From: Myxococcota bacterium
GTDB lineage: Bacteria > Myxococcota_A > SURF-8
Length of the DNA stretch: 64,000 bases
Direction of reading: 5' to 3'
Assembly (NCBI GenBank): GCA_963674735.2
Contig: CAXXQS010000001.1
Location: 1,504,001 to 1,568,000, forward strand
Positions 40,951 to 51,353 of this stretch are shown here, in pieces (position 1 is the first letter of the stretch; each line of letters starts with the position of its first letter). The notes under the pieces were generated by a model. The model saw only the letters and a list, made by a program, of their open reading frames with translations. It was not told where the DNA came from and made no database searches. The position numbers were made by a program, and so were the translations under genes.

Positions 40951-40986
40951 AAGAAAAAAGGCCCGGATCCATCGACCCGGGCCCTT
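40951..40986 (-). terminator. Intrinsic terminator
   Basis: GGCCCGG...CCGGGCC stem with an A-run on the + strand (U-tract on the - strand), downstream of the gene ending at 41005. Confidence 0.65.
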
Positions 40987-41004
40987 GATTCCGCTACGTG
41001 GGCA

Positions 41005-42441
41005 TCAATCCCATTCAGGTGTCGGCTTCAAGGTCACTTTGCCGTTGGCGATCCGGACGCTGAAATAGACACGCTTGCAGTTGTGTTTGTTGATCAGACG
41101 CTGCTCGGTGCGTTGTAACTTAGCGATAAAGCGCTCTTTGGTTATTTGGGAAACATCCTCACCGGCATCCTGTTTGGCGGCGATAAAATCGGCCAGCAGT
41201 TTGTCGAAATAGGCATCTCCCGTTTCGGCCGGCGGCGTAACCTCGAAACTCGCCTCATCTTCCACCGACTCGATGATCATGCGGTCCCGAATGCCTTTTG
41301 CCTTGCCGCTGTCGAGCGAACCGCGAAGCGTCAGGCTGGCCGCTTCCTCTTCGTCTTCGGGGATGTACTTCCCGAGCAGGATGGCGATAGCCAGGTTGAG
41401 GGTTTGTCCAAGCTGGTTGAGGTAATCGTCGTCAGACGCCCATTGATAGTCTTTGTTGCCGACGATGATCTGATGCGCCCCTTCCAGAATGAAATCGATG
41501 GCTTCATACGCGCGCTGAATAATCAAGAACGCGCCGGAAACACACAGCAGCATCAGCAGCAGAGAGAACAGCATCAGGAAATTGCGGCTGCCCACGAATT
41601 CATCGAGCCAAGCGGTTTCGCTACGCAGGATCGTGAATCCCAACAGGCCCTGTTCCTGCATCGAGGTCATGGGCGACAGCACCAGCACGTAGGTTTCGTC
41701 ACCGAGTTGCACACGATCTTCGAAGTATTCGTTTTTACTAAGCAATACCCGGGCAATCCGCCCGCCATTTGACATGACGTACGAATTGAGCGCCGCCTGC
41801 TTGCCGCTGGTCAAGGTGGAGGCGATCACACGACTTTGCGAGAAGAAAGCGAAGTCTCCGAACACCACGCTCTGTTCCTGCTTGACGAGGTCATCATCAA
41901 CGGTATTGGCCATCAACAGAGCGCCGATCACCTGTCCACCGCTACGAATCGGGCAAAGATCCACAATCATGATCTTGCCGTCCAGCAACCAGATATCCTC
42001 GACGGTTTCCCCTTTCAAAGCCGCCTTGACGGCCTTGTCATCGCCAAAAGAATTGTTTTTCTGACCCGCCACCTGCGTACGCGCCTGCTCGACCCCTTCG
42101 GTGTCGAGGACGATAAACAGATCGCCATAATAGCGCAGACGAGAAATAACCTCGAGCTTTTCAAAAAGCTTGAAATGGCGCTCCTCGATCTCCTCAGGAG
42201 TCGTACTCGGCATCATCAAGGCCGAAACGATATCGTTTTCCTCGGCAAACTTCGAAACGATCTCCTGCCGTTCCACGCGCGTCACCACCTGAGCCTTGTT
42301 GTAGACCCGGTAACTGTGAATCAGGCTATGTTCAAGCTTGGAAATGGAATCCTGTTCCAGATTGCCGATAACGTAGAAATTGATTAACAGCGCGAAAAGA
42401 AGCAGGACACCGAAAATCAGTAACCCCAGTTTTAAGCGCAT
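41005..42441 (-). CDS. MXAN_5187-family membrane protein (Cache-like periplasmic domain and conserved C-terminal domain)
   Basis: Two TMs; C-terminal FIAAKQDAGE...FIAKL...KHNCKRVYFSVRIANGKVTLKP matches the family as I recall it. Confidence 0.7.
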   Translation of the reverse strand: MRLKLGLLIFGVLLLFALLINFYVIGNLEQDSISKLEHSLIHSYRVYNKAQVVTRVERQEIVSKFAEENDIVSALMMPSTTPEEIEERHFKLFEKLEVISRLRYYGDLFIVLDTEGVEQARTQVAGQKNNSFGDDKAVKAALKGETVEDIWLLDGKIMIVDLCPIRSGGQVIGALLMANTVDDDLVKQEQSVVFGDFAFFSQSRVIASTLTSGKQAALNSYVMSNGGRIARVLLSKNEYFEDRVQLGDETYVLVLSPMTSMQEQGLLGFTILRSETAWLDEFVGSRNFLMLFSLLLMLLCVSGAFLIIQRAYEAIDFILEGAHQIIVGNKDYQWASDDDYLNQLGQTLNLAIAILLGKYIPEDEEEAASLTLRGSLDSGKAKGIRDRMIIESVEDEASFEVTPPAETGDAYFDKLLADFIAAKQDAGEDVSQITKERFIAKLQRTEQRLINKHNCKRVYFSVRIANGKVTLKPTPEWD

Positions 42442-42579
42442 GGCCGCCCCTATTTGTTTCTTGAATGGTCCTGAGTTCCCTAAAACCCACCTACGATTGG
42501 GGATGGAATATATCCTGCCCGCCCAAATAAGTCAATCATTTTCTTGACTTTTGCCCGATAGCGTGTTCTCCGTCAAGGC

Positions 42580-43272
42580 TCACCGAGCATCATAACCTTC
42601 TCGCCTAAGACGTGCGAGAATTTTGCTTTTTACCGCCGTAGAAGTGAACGGACCGATCATCACCCGGTAAGACTCGTTATCGCCTTCAATCCGACAGGTC
42701 TTGTACCGTCCCCGCAAATAGTAATAGATGCGTTCAGCCTTCCAACGAGACGAATACTCTCCAATAACGATGTTGTCTCCGCCGACCGCTCCGTTATCGT
42801 CGATGATGCCGCCTCCGGCATAGCGGTTATCTCCGACCTGAAGCATCTCGATCCGTACCCGCGCCGTACCCTGCTTGTCGTAACCAAGTTCCCGAGCCGC
42901 CGCCATCGAACAGTCGAGAATCCGATTCTCCACAAAAGGACCGCGATCGTTGACCACCAGCGTCACCGAACGGCCGTTGCCGAGATTCGTCACCCGTATT
43001 TGTGAACCGAGCGGCATCGTTTTGTGGGCCGCCGATAGGGCATACATGTCGAACAGATCGCCATTCGCGGTTTTCTTGCCGTGGAACTGCTCCCCATACC
43101 AGGAGGCAATTCCTTCCTGCACCCGCCCGGCCGACCAACCGCCCGCATCGGAACGGGACGCACTCGGGGAAGCGGCGGCATGACCGTAGCGGCTCTGACC
43201 GGTTGCGCAGGCTGAACACAAGACCATCAAAACAACGAGAATGCCCACGCAGAACGTCCGTTTCAACACCAT
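42580..43272 (-). CDS. rlpA: Septal ring lytic transglycosylase RlpA-family lipoprotein
   Basis: GIASWYG, TANG, SAAHKTMP, VNDRGPF; SPOR-like C-terminus. Confidence 0.92.
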   Translation of the reverse strand: MVLKRTFCVGILVVLMVLCSACATGQSRYGHAAASPSASRSDAGGWSAGRVQEGIASWYGEQFHGKKTANGDLFDMYALSAAHKTMPLGSQIRVTNLGNGRSVTLVVNDRGPFVENRILDCSMAAARELGYDKQGTARVRIEMLQVGDNRYAGGGIIDDNGAVGGDNIVIGEYSSRWKAERIYYYLRGRYKTCRIEGDNESYRVMIGPFTSTAVKSKILARLRREGYDAR

Positions 43273-43313
43273 TGTATCATGCCCTCCCCGGCTGCTCCTG
43301 CACCTCCGGCCGT

Positions 43314-44418
43314 CTAGGCTCGACGTAACAGAAATTCCCGAATGAATTCATGAATATCGCCGTCCAACACGGCGTCAACATTACTGGTTTCCACGTTCGT
43401 GCGATGGTCTTTGACCATGCGATAAGGCGCGAGAACATACGAACGGATTTGGCTGCCGAACGAGATGTCCCGCTTCTCGGCTTCCGTTTTTTCCGATTCC
43501 TTGCGCCGTTTCTGCATCTCGAACTCGTATAATTTCGATTTCAAGAGCTTCATGGCCGTGCTCTTGTTTTTGTGCTGAGAGCGCTCATTCTGACAGGCCA
43601 CCACGATGCCGGTTGGAAGGTGCGTCAGACGCACGGCCGAATCGGTGGTATTGACATGCTGTCCACCCGCGCCGGAACTGCGATACGTATCGATGCGCAG
43701 GTCTTTCTCGTCCACTTCGATATTGATCGAATCGTCGATTTCAGGGGTGATAAAGACCGAAGCGAAGGAAGTATGACGCCGTTTGTTCGAATCGAAGGGT
43801 GAAATACGCACCAGCCGGTGAACGCCCGCCTCGGCCTTCAAATACCCGTAGGCGTGTCGTCCTTCAACGGTAATGGTGGCGTTTTTGATTCCCGCTTCTT
43901 CGCCCGGCAGAAAATCGACCACATCGGTTTTATAATCGCGCTTCTCGGCGTAGTGCAGATACATGCGCAATAGCATATCAGCCCAATCCTGGGATTCCGT
44001 TCCACCCGCCCCCGAATTGATGGTGATAATGGCGTTTTTCGTGTCGCTCTCTCCGGAGAGCATGTGTTTCAATTCCTGGTTTTGTACATCTCGGGTGAGA
44101 CGCGCCAGATTTTGATCGAGTTCGTCGAACAGACTTTCGTCCGCTTCTTCTTCCGCAAGTTCGAGGATGGTATCCACCTCGTCCTTCAGATCGATGAGCG
44201 CCTCCATCTCGGCGATATCGCCTTCCAAGGGCTTCTTTTCTTGGTTAAGCTTACGACTCAAGTCGGGATCGGACCAGGCATCGGGGCTGGCAAGCTGCTC
44301 TTCAAGCTCTTTTAATCGTTTTCTTTTTCCCGGTAAGTCAAAGATGGTCTCCAAGCGTGGTAACCTTCTTCCGCAGTTCCGTGGCCATCTGCTTCATCTC
44401 ATACATGTCGGTTTTCAT
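43314..44418 (-). CDS. prfB: Peptide chain release factor 2 (programmed +1 frameshift)
   Basis: 26-codon first frame from ATG 44418 ends CTT TGA C (44343-44337); the second frame has SPF and GGQ. Confidence 0.96.
44337..44352 (-). promoter_or_regulatory. prfB +1 frameshift site
   Basis: GGAGAC CAT CTT TGA C. Confidence 0.92.
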
Positions 44419-44617
44419 CGTTTTACCTCATTTCGACCAACTATTTGAGTGTCAGTCTAACGAAATTCGCGTGAAGCGCAACGAAAATCCGCCCCATCCT
44501 TTACTCCAACCACGTTCTTTCACAACGAAAGAATTTGACGCCACCCCTCTATCCATTTATCATCTTCGGGTTGCAGTCAGTATTCGACTTTGAAGGACCA
44601 CAAGACAGGTAACGATA

Positions 44618-45691
44618 ATGAAAGAGAAAATCGCCGCCATCATGTTCGCCGACGTGATGAATTCTTCCGAATACGCCAACGTGATGAGCACGGCCAATTA
44701 TCACAACTTCATCATCAAAAGTCTACAGTCGATCTGCACGGATGAAGCCGCCTACTTCGCGTCGCAACATCCCAGCAACTACAAGCCGTTACCTGAATTC
44801 TCAAGCCGCGACCAGATGCGGGAAGAGTTTACCTGTCAGTTTCGCACGGTCGGGGACGAAATCCGGGTCTTTCTTTACAGCGGCGATGAATGGGCCGATA
44901 CCAACAACCTGCTGGAAGTCGCCATTCGTTTGAAACTGCGCTGGCTCTTCAGCGAATTCAACAAAACGCGCATCAAGCAGAACAAACCACCCGAAGAATT
45001 GGCCATCGGGATTCACACCGGATCGGTGGTGGTCGAAGAAAACAAGCCGGAGGGATTCGCGCTCAACGTCGGCAAACGTATCGAGGGTGAATGTCGCAAC
45101 GGACGCGAGTGCCGCATCGTACTTCACGCTAACAGCGTCAATTACATTCAGAGCTACCAAAACCGCCCGGCGTCCAAGTTTTCCATCGCTCCGCAGTTTT
45201 CCGACGTGTGGACTTTCTCCGGCAAGGGTATCGCCCAGGAAATCCCCATCCGCGAAGTCAAGTATTTCACCTTCATGCAACAGGCCGAAGTGTTGCGTTT
45301 TCTGGGAGTGGAACCGACTTACTTCATCAAGCACCTCTTCGCCGCATCCAACACCACCCCTTATCCGCATTTCATCTACAGCACCATCCTATCGGCCCTT
45401 CAAAAACTCGGAATCGACGACTACACCTCCGACTACATCGAGACCATCTGCCGCAAGGTGTACCGTTACATGAACTATGGCGAGATATTGGACCTGATTA
45501 TCCAGGTTTACGAGTATCGCTATCGGGCGCACTACAAAAGCTTGAACACTAAAGAAAAAGTCACTTTTTTGGAGCAATTCTACCACTGGGCGAAAGAGGA
45601 CGAATTCCAGTACCGCTATCTGATGGAAGACATTGTTCGCGAACAAAACAAACTGGCTCAGAATTTCAAGCACTTGCCGACTAAACTATAG
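44618..45691 (+). CDS. Class III nucleotidyl cyclase-domain protein with an unknown helical C-terminus
   Basis: IMFADVMNSS, TVGDE, IGIHTG, G.ALNVGKRIE, FSGKGI. Confidence 0.78.
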   Translation: MKEKIAAIMFADVMNSSEYANVMSTANYHNFIIKSLQSICTDEAAYFASQHPSNYKPLPEFSSRDQMREEFTCQFRTVGDEIRVFLYSGDEWADTNNLLEVAIRLKLRWLFSEFNKTRIKQNKPPEELAIGIHTGSVVVEENKPEGFALNVGKRIEGECRNGRECRIVLHANSVNYIQSYQNRPASKFSIAPQFSDVWTFSGKGIAQEIPIREVKYFTFMQQAEVLRFLGVEPTYFIKHLFAASNTTPYPHFIYSTILSALQKLGIDDYTSDYIETICRKVYRYMNYGEILDLIIQVYEYRYRAHYKSLNTKEKVTFLEQFYHWAKEDEFQYRYLMEDIVREQNKLAQNFKHLPTKL

Positions 45692-45732
45692 GCGCATCGG
45701 CGCTGAGAGCTTATCCAACCAAGGGTCGCAGC

Positions 45733-46791
45733 TTGATGCAACAAGCCAAGACGGGGCGAATCTTGCGAGTTGATCGACGAAACATTCTCGGCTTACTCCT
45801 TATCGCTATTTTGCTTGTTGGTTCGAGCGGCGCTGCGGTTTTCGCGGCCACACCCAAGCCTCCCACCGTCCATTCCGACCCATCAAACCGAACGGGAACA
45901 GTTTGGCTACCGGCCGACGCTCAACGTCCCCACGCAGCGCAAAGGCTAGAAATGAGATGGAATAACGCGACATTAGCCATTCCCGAGCCCAGTCAGCGCA
46001 AGCAAATCCTTCAAGTGGCAAGAGAACTCCTGAAAATCATCGAAGCACCCACCGCCACCCAAGTCATCAAGGCGGCCCGTGCACTGATGGGAACCGGCTA
46101 TAGCCTGAGAGAATATCAAGGGCCGGAAGGGCATTGGCTGATTCTCGAACCTTTGGGCGATCGCAGAGGCGCGGGTTATTACGTGATCCGTAGCGGCAAA
46201 CTTCCCACCGAAATCGTTTTGCAAGCCCCCCATGCCATTTATGACGTCCATACGGATGTCATTACCATGGATTGCTTCCGTTCCAAACCCTTCCGAGCCG
46301 CCTTTTTTTCCGATTGGCAACGTTATGGTAAGAAAGGAGCCGAACCGATCGACGACAGTCCCTACGATTTGGCCCACAATCCCGACACCCTTTTCCAGCA
46401 ACTCACCGAATTGTGGCTGACAACACGTCCCAACACCGCTTTTGTCCAATTCCACGGATTCAACCCCAGTTCCGTACGCGAAAAGGGAGTGGACCTGATT
46501 GTCAGTCCCGGCACCCGCAAAGATCCTCCCCAAGCTTTCGAGCACCTGGTTGAACGCCTGACCTCCGCCTACCCCACCGGCCAGCTTCGCGTCTTTCCAA
46601 GCACCACCCATCTGCTTGGCGGCACCGGCAACGTACAGGGTAAATTCATTCGCAAAGCCGGAGGACTATTCGCTCATATCGAAATTTCGGAACCCATGCG
46701 TAACAGATTGAAAAAGTCCTCCGCCGCACGCCTGAAATTGGCCACTCCCATCATCGAAGCGCTCTGTCCCAACGCTCGACTACTTCCTTAA
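45733..46791 (+). CDS. Exported protein, possible Zn amidohydrolase (PghP/FGase-like fold)
   Basis: Signal/TM segment; QAPH...D, DLAH, QFHGF, NVQG, FAHIE. Confidence 0.45.
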   Translation: MMQQAKTGRILRVDRRNILGLLLIAILLVGSSGAAVFAATPKPPTVHSDPSNRTGTVWLPADAQRPHAAQRLEMRWNNATLAIPEPSQRKQILQVARELLKIIEAPTATQVIKAARALMGTGYSLREYQGPEGHWLILEPLGDRRGAGYYVIRSGKLPTEIVLQAPHAIYDVHTDVITMDCFRSKPFRAAFFSDWQRYGKKGAEPIDDSPYDLAHNPDTLFQQLTELWLTTRPNTAFVQFHGFNPSSVREKGVDLIVSPGTRKDPPQAFEHLVERLTSAYPTGQLRVFPSTTHLLGGTGNVQGKFIRKAGGLFAHIEISEPMRNRLKKSSAARLKLATPIIEALCPNARLLP

Positions 46792-46896
46792 CCTACCGGA
46801 AACTGACAATTTTCATTTGATTCACGTTTTCGTCTAAGGTAAGCTGATACCATAGTGGTGCAATCATCCAATGCTTCCCTCGACGGAGATGCTGCA

Positions 46897-49443
46897 ATGC
46901 GTAAACGCTTGGCACTTTTCATGACGATGTTCCTGTTGGTACTATCCGCCTGTAGCGGCGGCGGCGATGCCGTCGGCGGCGACGAGTCCACGGACGGCGA
47001 CCTCGATGGGGGCTCCAATCCCGAAATCGATTCCTCCATCTGCCACCTCAACAGCGATTGCCCCGAGGACTTCTATTGCGACAACGGCGTCTGCCGCGAG
47101 GCCGATTGTTTCACTCACGACGATTGCGACGAAGGTTATCTATGCGATGATCATCTCTGCATCAAAGATCCGAACGCGAGTGACGGCGACCTGGAAGATC
47201 CTTTAACCGATGGCGATCTCGACGAATCCGCTCCCGATGGTGATCTCGACCCCGAACCGGAAATCGATTTGGAAGTCATTTGCGATCCGGACGACAAAAT
47301 GTGCCAGGCGGATTTGTTGTGGACCTGCAATGCCGAAGGCACCCAATGGGTGGAACCCGAAAACTGCCCGCCCAACACGGTCTGCATCGTGGACGCCTGC
47401 GTCGCCAGCGCCTGCGACCCCGACACCTACGGCCAATGCGTCAGCGAATTCACCATCTACCAGTGCAACAGCCAAGGCACCGGCTGGGAAGAAGTCCCCT
47501 GCCCCGCCAACAACTATTGCGAGGATGGCGCCTGTTTGCCCATCGAATGTGAACCCAATGCGGAAATCGAGTGCGTCGACACGGAAACCGTCAAGATCTG
47601 CACTGCGGAAGGAAACGATTGGATCACCGAAGCCTGCCCGGAAAACACCACCTGCTACGGCACCGGTTGTCTGGAAATCATCTGCGACGCCGGAGACTGG
47701 CGTTGCGAAGATAACGTCCTCTATTACTGCAACGCTCTCGGAGCCGCCTGGGATGAAATCATGGACTGCAGCGATGACGGCGCGATCTGCACCGAGGGAA
47801 GCTGCATGCCCGAAGTCTGCGAGGCCGGAGTCAAAGCCTGCGACGAAACCAACCCCAAGCTGGTCGAAATCTGTAACGAAACCGGCACAGCCTGGGTTGA
47901 AAGCGAAACCTGCGCAGGCACCGACGAATGCCGTGGGGGCGCATGCATGAGCCTATGCGAAATCGCCGCATTCGATAAAAGCTATGTCGGATGCGATTAC
48001 TGGCCGGTGGATCTGGACAACAGCGCCCGCGACGACGGCGGCGAATTCGCGTTGGTGGTGGCCAACCCGCAAAGCTTCTCCGTCGACGTTCGCGTGTCCG
48101 ACAGCGCTTCGCTTTTGCAAACCAAAACCATCGCCGCGGGCGGTCTCGATGTCTTCCAGTTGGGTTCCGGCCACCTGATCACCGGTCCCGGTAAAACCAG
48201 CGCCGCCTATCACGTCAACTCCGACGCACCGGTGACGGTCACCCAGATGAATCCCTACGGCAACGTGCTCATTTATTCGAACGACGCCTCCCTGCTCTTG
48301 CCCGAAGGGGCGCTTGGCACGGATTACATGGGGCTTACCTGGCCCACTCACCGCATGGAAGACTGCTACTGCGACTTCTGGCTGGTTACCTGCTTCAGTT
48401 GGACCTGCGACGGTCGTGATACTCCCGGATTTTTGGCCATCACCGCCACCCAGCCGGGATCGACCTCGGTATCGGTCACGTACAGCGGAGCCACGCAGGC
48501 CGGTGGCGGCGTGAATGCCGAGAGCGCCGGAACGACGCGCAGCTATACCCTGCAACAATTCGAGGTACTCAATCTGGAATCGGCCGGAACCAACTGCCCC
48601 AATGTGGATGAAGAAACCTATATCTACTGCGACGGTCCCGACCTCACCGGCAGCACCATCACCAGCGATAAACCGGTAGCCGTTTACGGAGGACATCGCT
48701 GCACGTTCATCCCCAAACACCAATGGGCCTGCGATCACCTCGAACACCAACTCTTCCCGGTGGAAACCTGGGGCAAGAATTTCATCGCCGTGCGCACCGA
48801 GCCGCGCCACCAGGAACAGGACTACTATAAAATCGTCGCCAGTGAAGACGGCACCGTCGTCACCTTGTCACCCGATCCCACCGGCCAGAGCCCGCATTCA
48901 CTCAACGCCGGACAGTCCTGGTTGTTCTCGACCATCAACGAATTTTCCATCACTTCCACCAAACCGGTAATGATGGCACATTTCCTGGCCGGTCAGGACG
49001 CCACCGGTTTATCCGTGGTGTTCGACGACTGCAACGGCAACGACGCCTACTGCGCTCAATACGGCAACTACGAATGCGTGTATAACGGCGGCTATTACTG
49101 TTCCCCCAAGGCGGGCGATCCGGCCATGATGCTGTTGGCCCCCAACGAACAATTCCGACGCCAATACATCTTTCTGATTCCGCCCAACTATGAATACGAT
49201 CACATCACGCTGATCGCCCCCCCCGACGCGACGATCACCCTGGACGGCACGACCACTTTGGATTCCAACACCTTCCCGTCCGTCACCTCCGAATATCGCC
49301 GGGCGCGCATGAGCCTGCCGGATGGTCAACATCTGCTCGTGTCCGACAAGCCGGTGGGTCTGTATGTTTACGGCTACTCTGCCTATGTCAGCTATGCATA
49401 CACGGGCGGTCTGGATTTAAAGGAGATCAATCCTAAACCCTGA
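46897..49443 (+). CDS. Cys-rich lipoprotein with an IgGFc-binding-type domain
   Basis: Lipobox LSAC; repeated Cx~14C..W...C units; SYVGCDYW, SNDASLLLP, CDHLEHQ, GDPAM, SYAYTGG. Confidence 0.82.
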   Translation: MRKRLALFMTMFLLVLSACSGGGDAVGGDESTDGDLDGGSNPEIDSSICHLNSDCPEDFYCDNGVCREADCFTHDDCDEGYLCDDHLCIKDPNASDGDLEDPLTDGDLDESAPDGDLDPEPEIDLEVICDPDDKMCQADLLWTCNAEGTQWVEPENCPPNTVCIVDACVASACDPDTYGQCVSEFTIYQCNSQGTGWEEVPCPANNYCEDGACLPIECEPNAEIECVDTETVKICTAEGNDWITEACPENTTCYGTGCLEIICDAGDWRCEDNVLYYCNALGAAWDEIMDCSDDGAICTEGSCMPEVCEAGVKACDETNPKLVEICNETGTAWVESETCAGTDECRGGACMSLCEIAAFDKSYVGCDYWPVDLDNSARDDGGEFALVVANPQSFSVDVRVSDSASLLQTKTIAAGGLDVFQLGSGHLITGPGKTSAAYHVNSDAPVTVTQMNPYGNVLIYSNDASLLLPEGALGTDYMGLTWPTHRMEDCYCDFWLVTCFSWTCDGRDTPGFLAITATQPGSTSVSVTYSGATQAGGGVNAESAGTTRSYTLQQFEVLNLESAGTNCPNVDEETYIYCDGPDLTGSTITSDKPVAVYGGHRCTFIPKHQWACDHLEHQLFPVETWGKNFIAVRTEPRHQEQDYYKIVASEDGTVVTLSPDPTGQSPHSLNAGQSWLFSTINEFSITSTKPVMMAHFLAGQDATGLSVVFDDCNGNDAYCAQYGNYECVYNGGYYCSPKAGDPAMMLLAPNEQFRRQYIFLIPPNYEYDHITLIAPPDATITLDGTTTLDSNTFPSVTSEYRRARMSLPDGQHLLVSDKPVGLYVYGYSAYVSYAYTGGLDLKEINPKP

Positions 49444-49560
49444 TCGTCATCAACATCCGGCTCCGTCGCGAGTGAAAAGACTTGGCATTTTCGAGGGGCT
49501 TCTGTACACTGGCTCCGTTCTGTGCAATGCGCCCTAATGAGAGTGGGAGGAATCTGTCAC

Positions 49561-50565
49561 GTGAGCGACTCCGAACGGCGAGACAACAGCAGCGAAACAC
49601 GCCGCTCCGGCGAGTTCGGCCCCATTATCCAACGCCATGTCAGCGGGAAAACCACCGGGCCCAACATCATTTCCATGATCAGCGGCAAAGGCGGCACGGG
49701 TCAGTCGATGATCTGCGCCAATATCGGCGTCTACCTCGCTCAAACGGGTAAACGAGTGTTGGTCGTGGACGCCAAACGCTGGGGTCAGAACCTGCACACG
49801 TTCCTCGGCCTTCCCGCTCCCAAGCTCACCCTGGATAGCCTGGCCGAAAAGCGCGTCGAGTCAATCGAGGAATTGCTGGTCGAAACACCGTTTCAAAAGC
49901 TCAAGCTGCTATGTGGGATGAAAGAAGCCCCGGCGCAAACCGCGTCGCTGTCTTGTCCGTTTCTCGTCGAGGAGGGCCGCAAACTCGCCTTCGATTTCAT
50001 CCTGCTCGATCTCGGTTCCACCTTGTCTTTCAATGTCCTCGACCATGCCATCTGGTCGGATAGCGCGATTCTCACGACCCTGCCCGAACCCACGGCCATC
50101 GAAAACACCTATGAACTGCTGCGTAGCTTATACTTCCGTCTGTTCAAAACGATGGAAGAAAGCCTCGGCATCCAGGAAATCGTTGAAAAGACGATCCTCA
50201 ACGGGCGCGAGTTGGGCATCCGCTCTCCGCGCGATCTGGTCGGGGCGGTCAAATTCTTCGATCCCGAAATGGGTGATCGGATGGCACATGAAGTCGGACG
50301 TTTCCACCTCAGCCTGCTGCTGAATAAAGTCCGCGCTTCCGGAGAATACGATCTGGGCGAAGGCATTGTCTCGGCCTGCCGCCGCTATTTCGGTTTCAAT
50401 GTCGCGTTTCTGGGCGCACTGGAGTACGATAGCGCCGCGCCCGCCTCGGTCAGACGACGCAGTCCGCTGCATACCGTGCAAAAGGATGCCAAAGTTACCG
50501 AACAGTTGGAGCGGGTTACCCACAAGTTGATGTCCATGAACATCAAAAGCAAACAGGACGATTAG
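49561..50565 (+). CDS. FlhG/MinD-like P-loop protein (Walker A Lys replaced by Gln)
   Basis: SGKGGTGQS, LVVDA, NLHTFLG, LDLG, PEPTAIENTY; GTG 49561 follows GGGAGG. Confidence 0.85.
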   Translation: MSDSERRDNSSETRRSGEFGPIIQRHVSGKTTGPNIISMISGKGGTGQSMICANIGVYLAQTGKRVLVVDAKRWGQNLHTFLGLPAPKLTLDSLAEKRVESIEELLVETPFQKLKLLCGMKEAPAQTASLSCPFLVEEGRKLAFDFILLDLGSTLSFNVLDHAIWSDSAILTTLPEPTAIENTYELLRSLYFRLFKTMEESLGIQEIVEKTILNGRELGIRSPRDLVGAVKFFDPEMGDRMAHEVGRFHLSLLLNKVRASGEYDLGEGIVSACRRYFGFNVAFLGALEYDSAAPASVRRRSPLHTVQKDAKVTEQLERVTHKLMSMNIKSKQDD

Positions 50566-50570
50566 GGGCC

Positions 50571-51281
50571 ATGAAGGAAATTCCGGGCAAGGCGTTCGCA
50601 CAAAATTTCTATGAGTTGCTCGAAATCAACGTCGGATCCGACGAAGAGGAGATTCGACGTGCCTACGAACGCATCCGGCAAATTTACTCGGTCGATTCTC
50701 TGGCCACCTACGGGCTCTATTCGGCGGAAGAGTTGCAAGAATTCATGGAACATGTCGAGCAGGCCTTCCGCATTCTGATCGACGCCGAAAACCGCCGGGA
50801 ATACGACAAAACGCTGATCGGGGAACCGGTCAAACGTAAAAAAGTGACATATTCCGTCAAACCCAAACGCGAAGAGACGCCCCCTGATAGCGCCCCGGCC
50901 AATTCCTCCGAAGAGTCTGCAGCCCCCGAGGGCACAGAGGATGCGGTTTCATCCGAAAATGGCGACAACCAGCCCGACGCGGATGGAGCAACGGGCCCGT
51001 CCTCCTTCCAGGTGTCCGAAGACGCCACCTTCACGGGTCTGCTTCTGCGTGAAATCCGCGAATCCATGGGCGTGGATCTGCGCGAAATTTCCGAAACCAC
51101 AAAGGTCAGCTTGACCAACCTGCGCATGCTGGAAGAAGAAGTATGGGAAAAGCTCCCGGCTCTGGTTTACGTCAAGGGAATCGTCGTGCAGTACGCCAAG
51201 TGTTTGAAACTCGATCCCAAACGCGTGCTCAGCGACATGATCGACCGTCACAACGCCGCCCGCGACCTGACCAAGCTCTGA
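50571..51281 (+). CDS. J-domain-like plus RodZ-type HTH protein
   Basis: NFYELLEI...IRRAY...AFRIL.D...R.EYD; GLLLREIRES...LPALVYVKG...YAKCLKLD. Confidence 0.8.
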   Translation: MKEIPGKAFAQNFYELLEINVGSDEEEIRRAYERIRQIYSVDSLATYGLYSAEELQEFMEHVEQAFRILIDAENRREYDKTLIGEPVKRKKVTYSVKPKREETPPDSAPANSSEESAAPEGTEDAVSSENGDNQPDADGATGPSSFQVSEDATFTGLLLREIRESMGVDLREISETTKVSLTNLRMLEEEVWEKLPALVYVKGIVVQYAKCLKLDPKRVLSDMIDRHNAARDLTKL

Positions 51282-51353
51282 TCCCAGGCGACTTCCAAAA
51301 CAAAACGTGAATGTTATCGGGTAACGACGCGCGAAAAGCGTCCGGCATGACGA

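Noticed and set aside
44618-46791. Complete Pycsar/CBASS defence system
   Set aside because: The downstream gene is an exported hydrolase-like protein, not a CNB-TM or CNB-TIR effector; there is no defence-island context.
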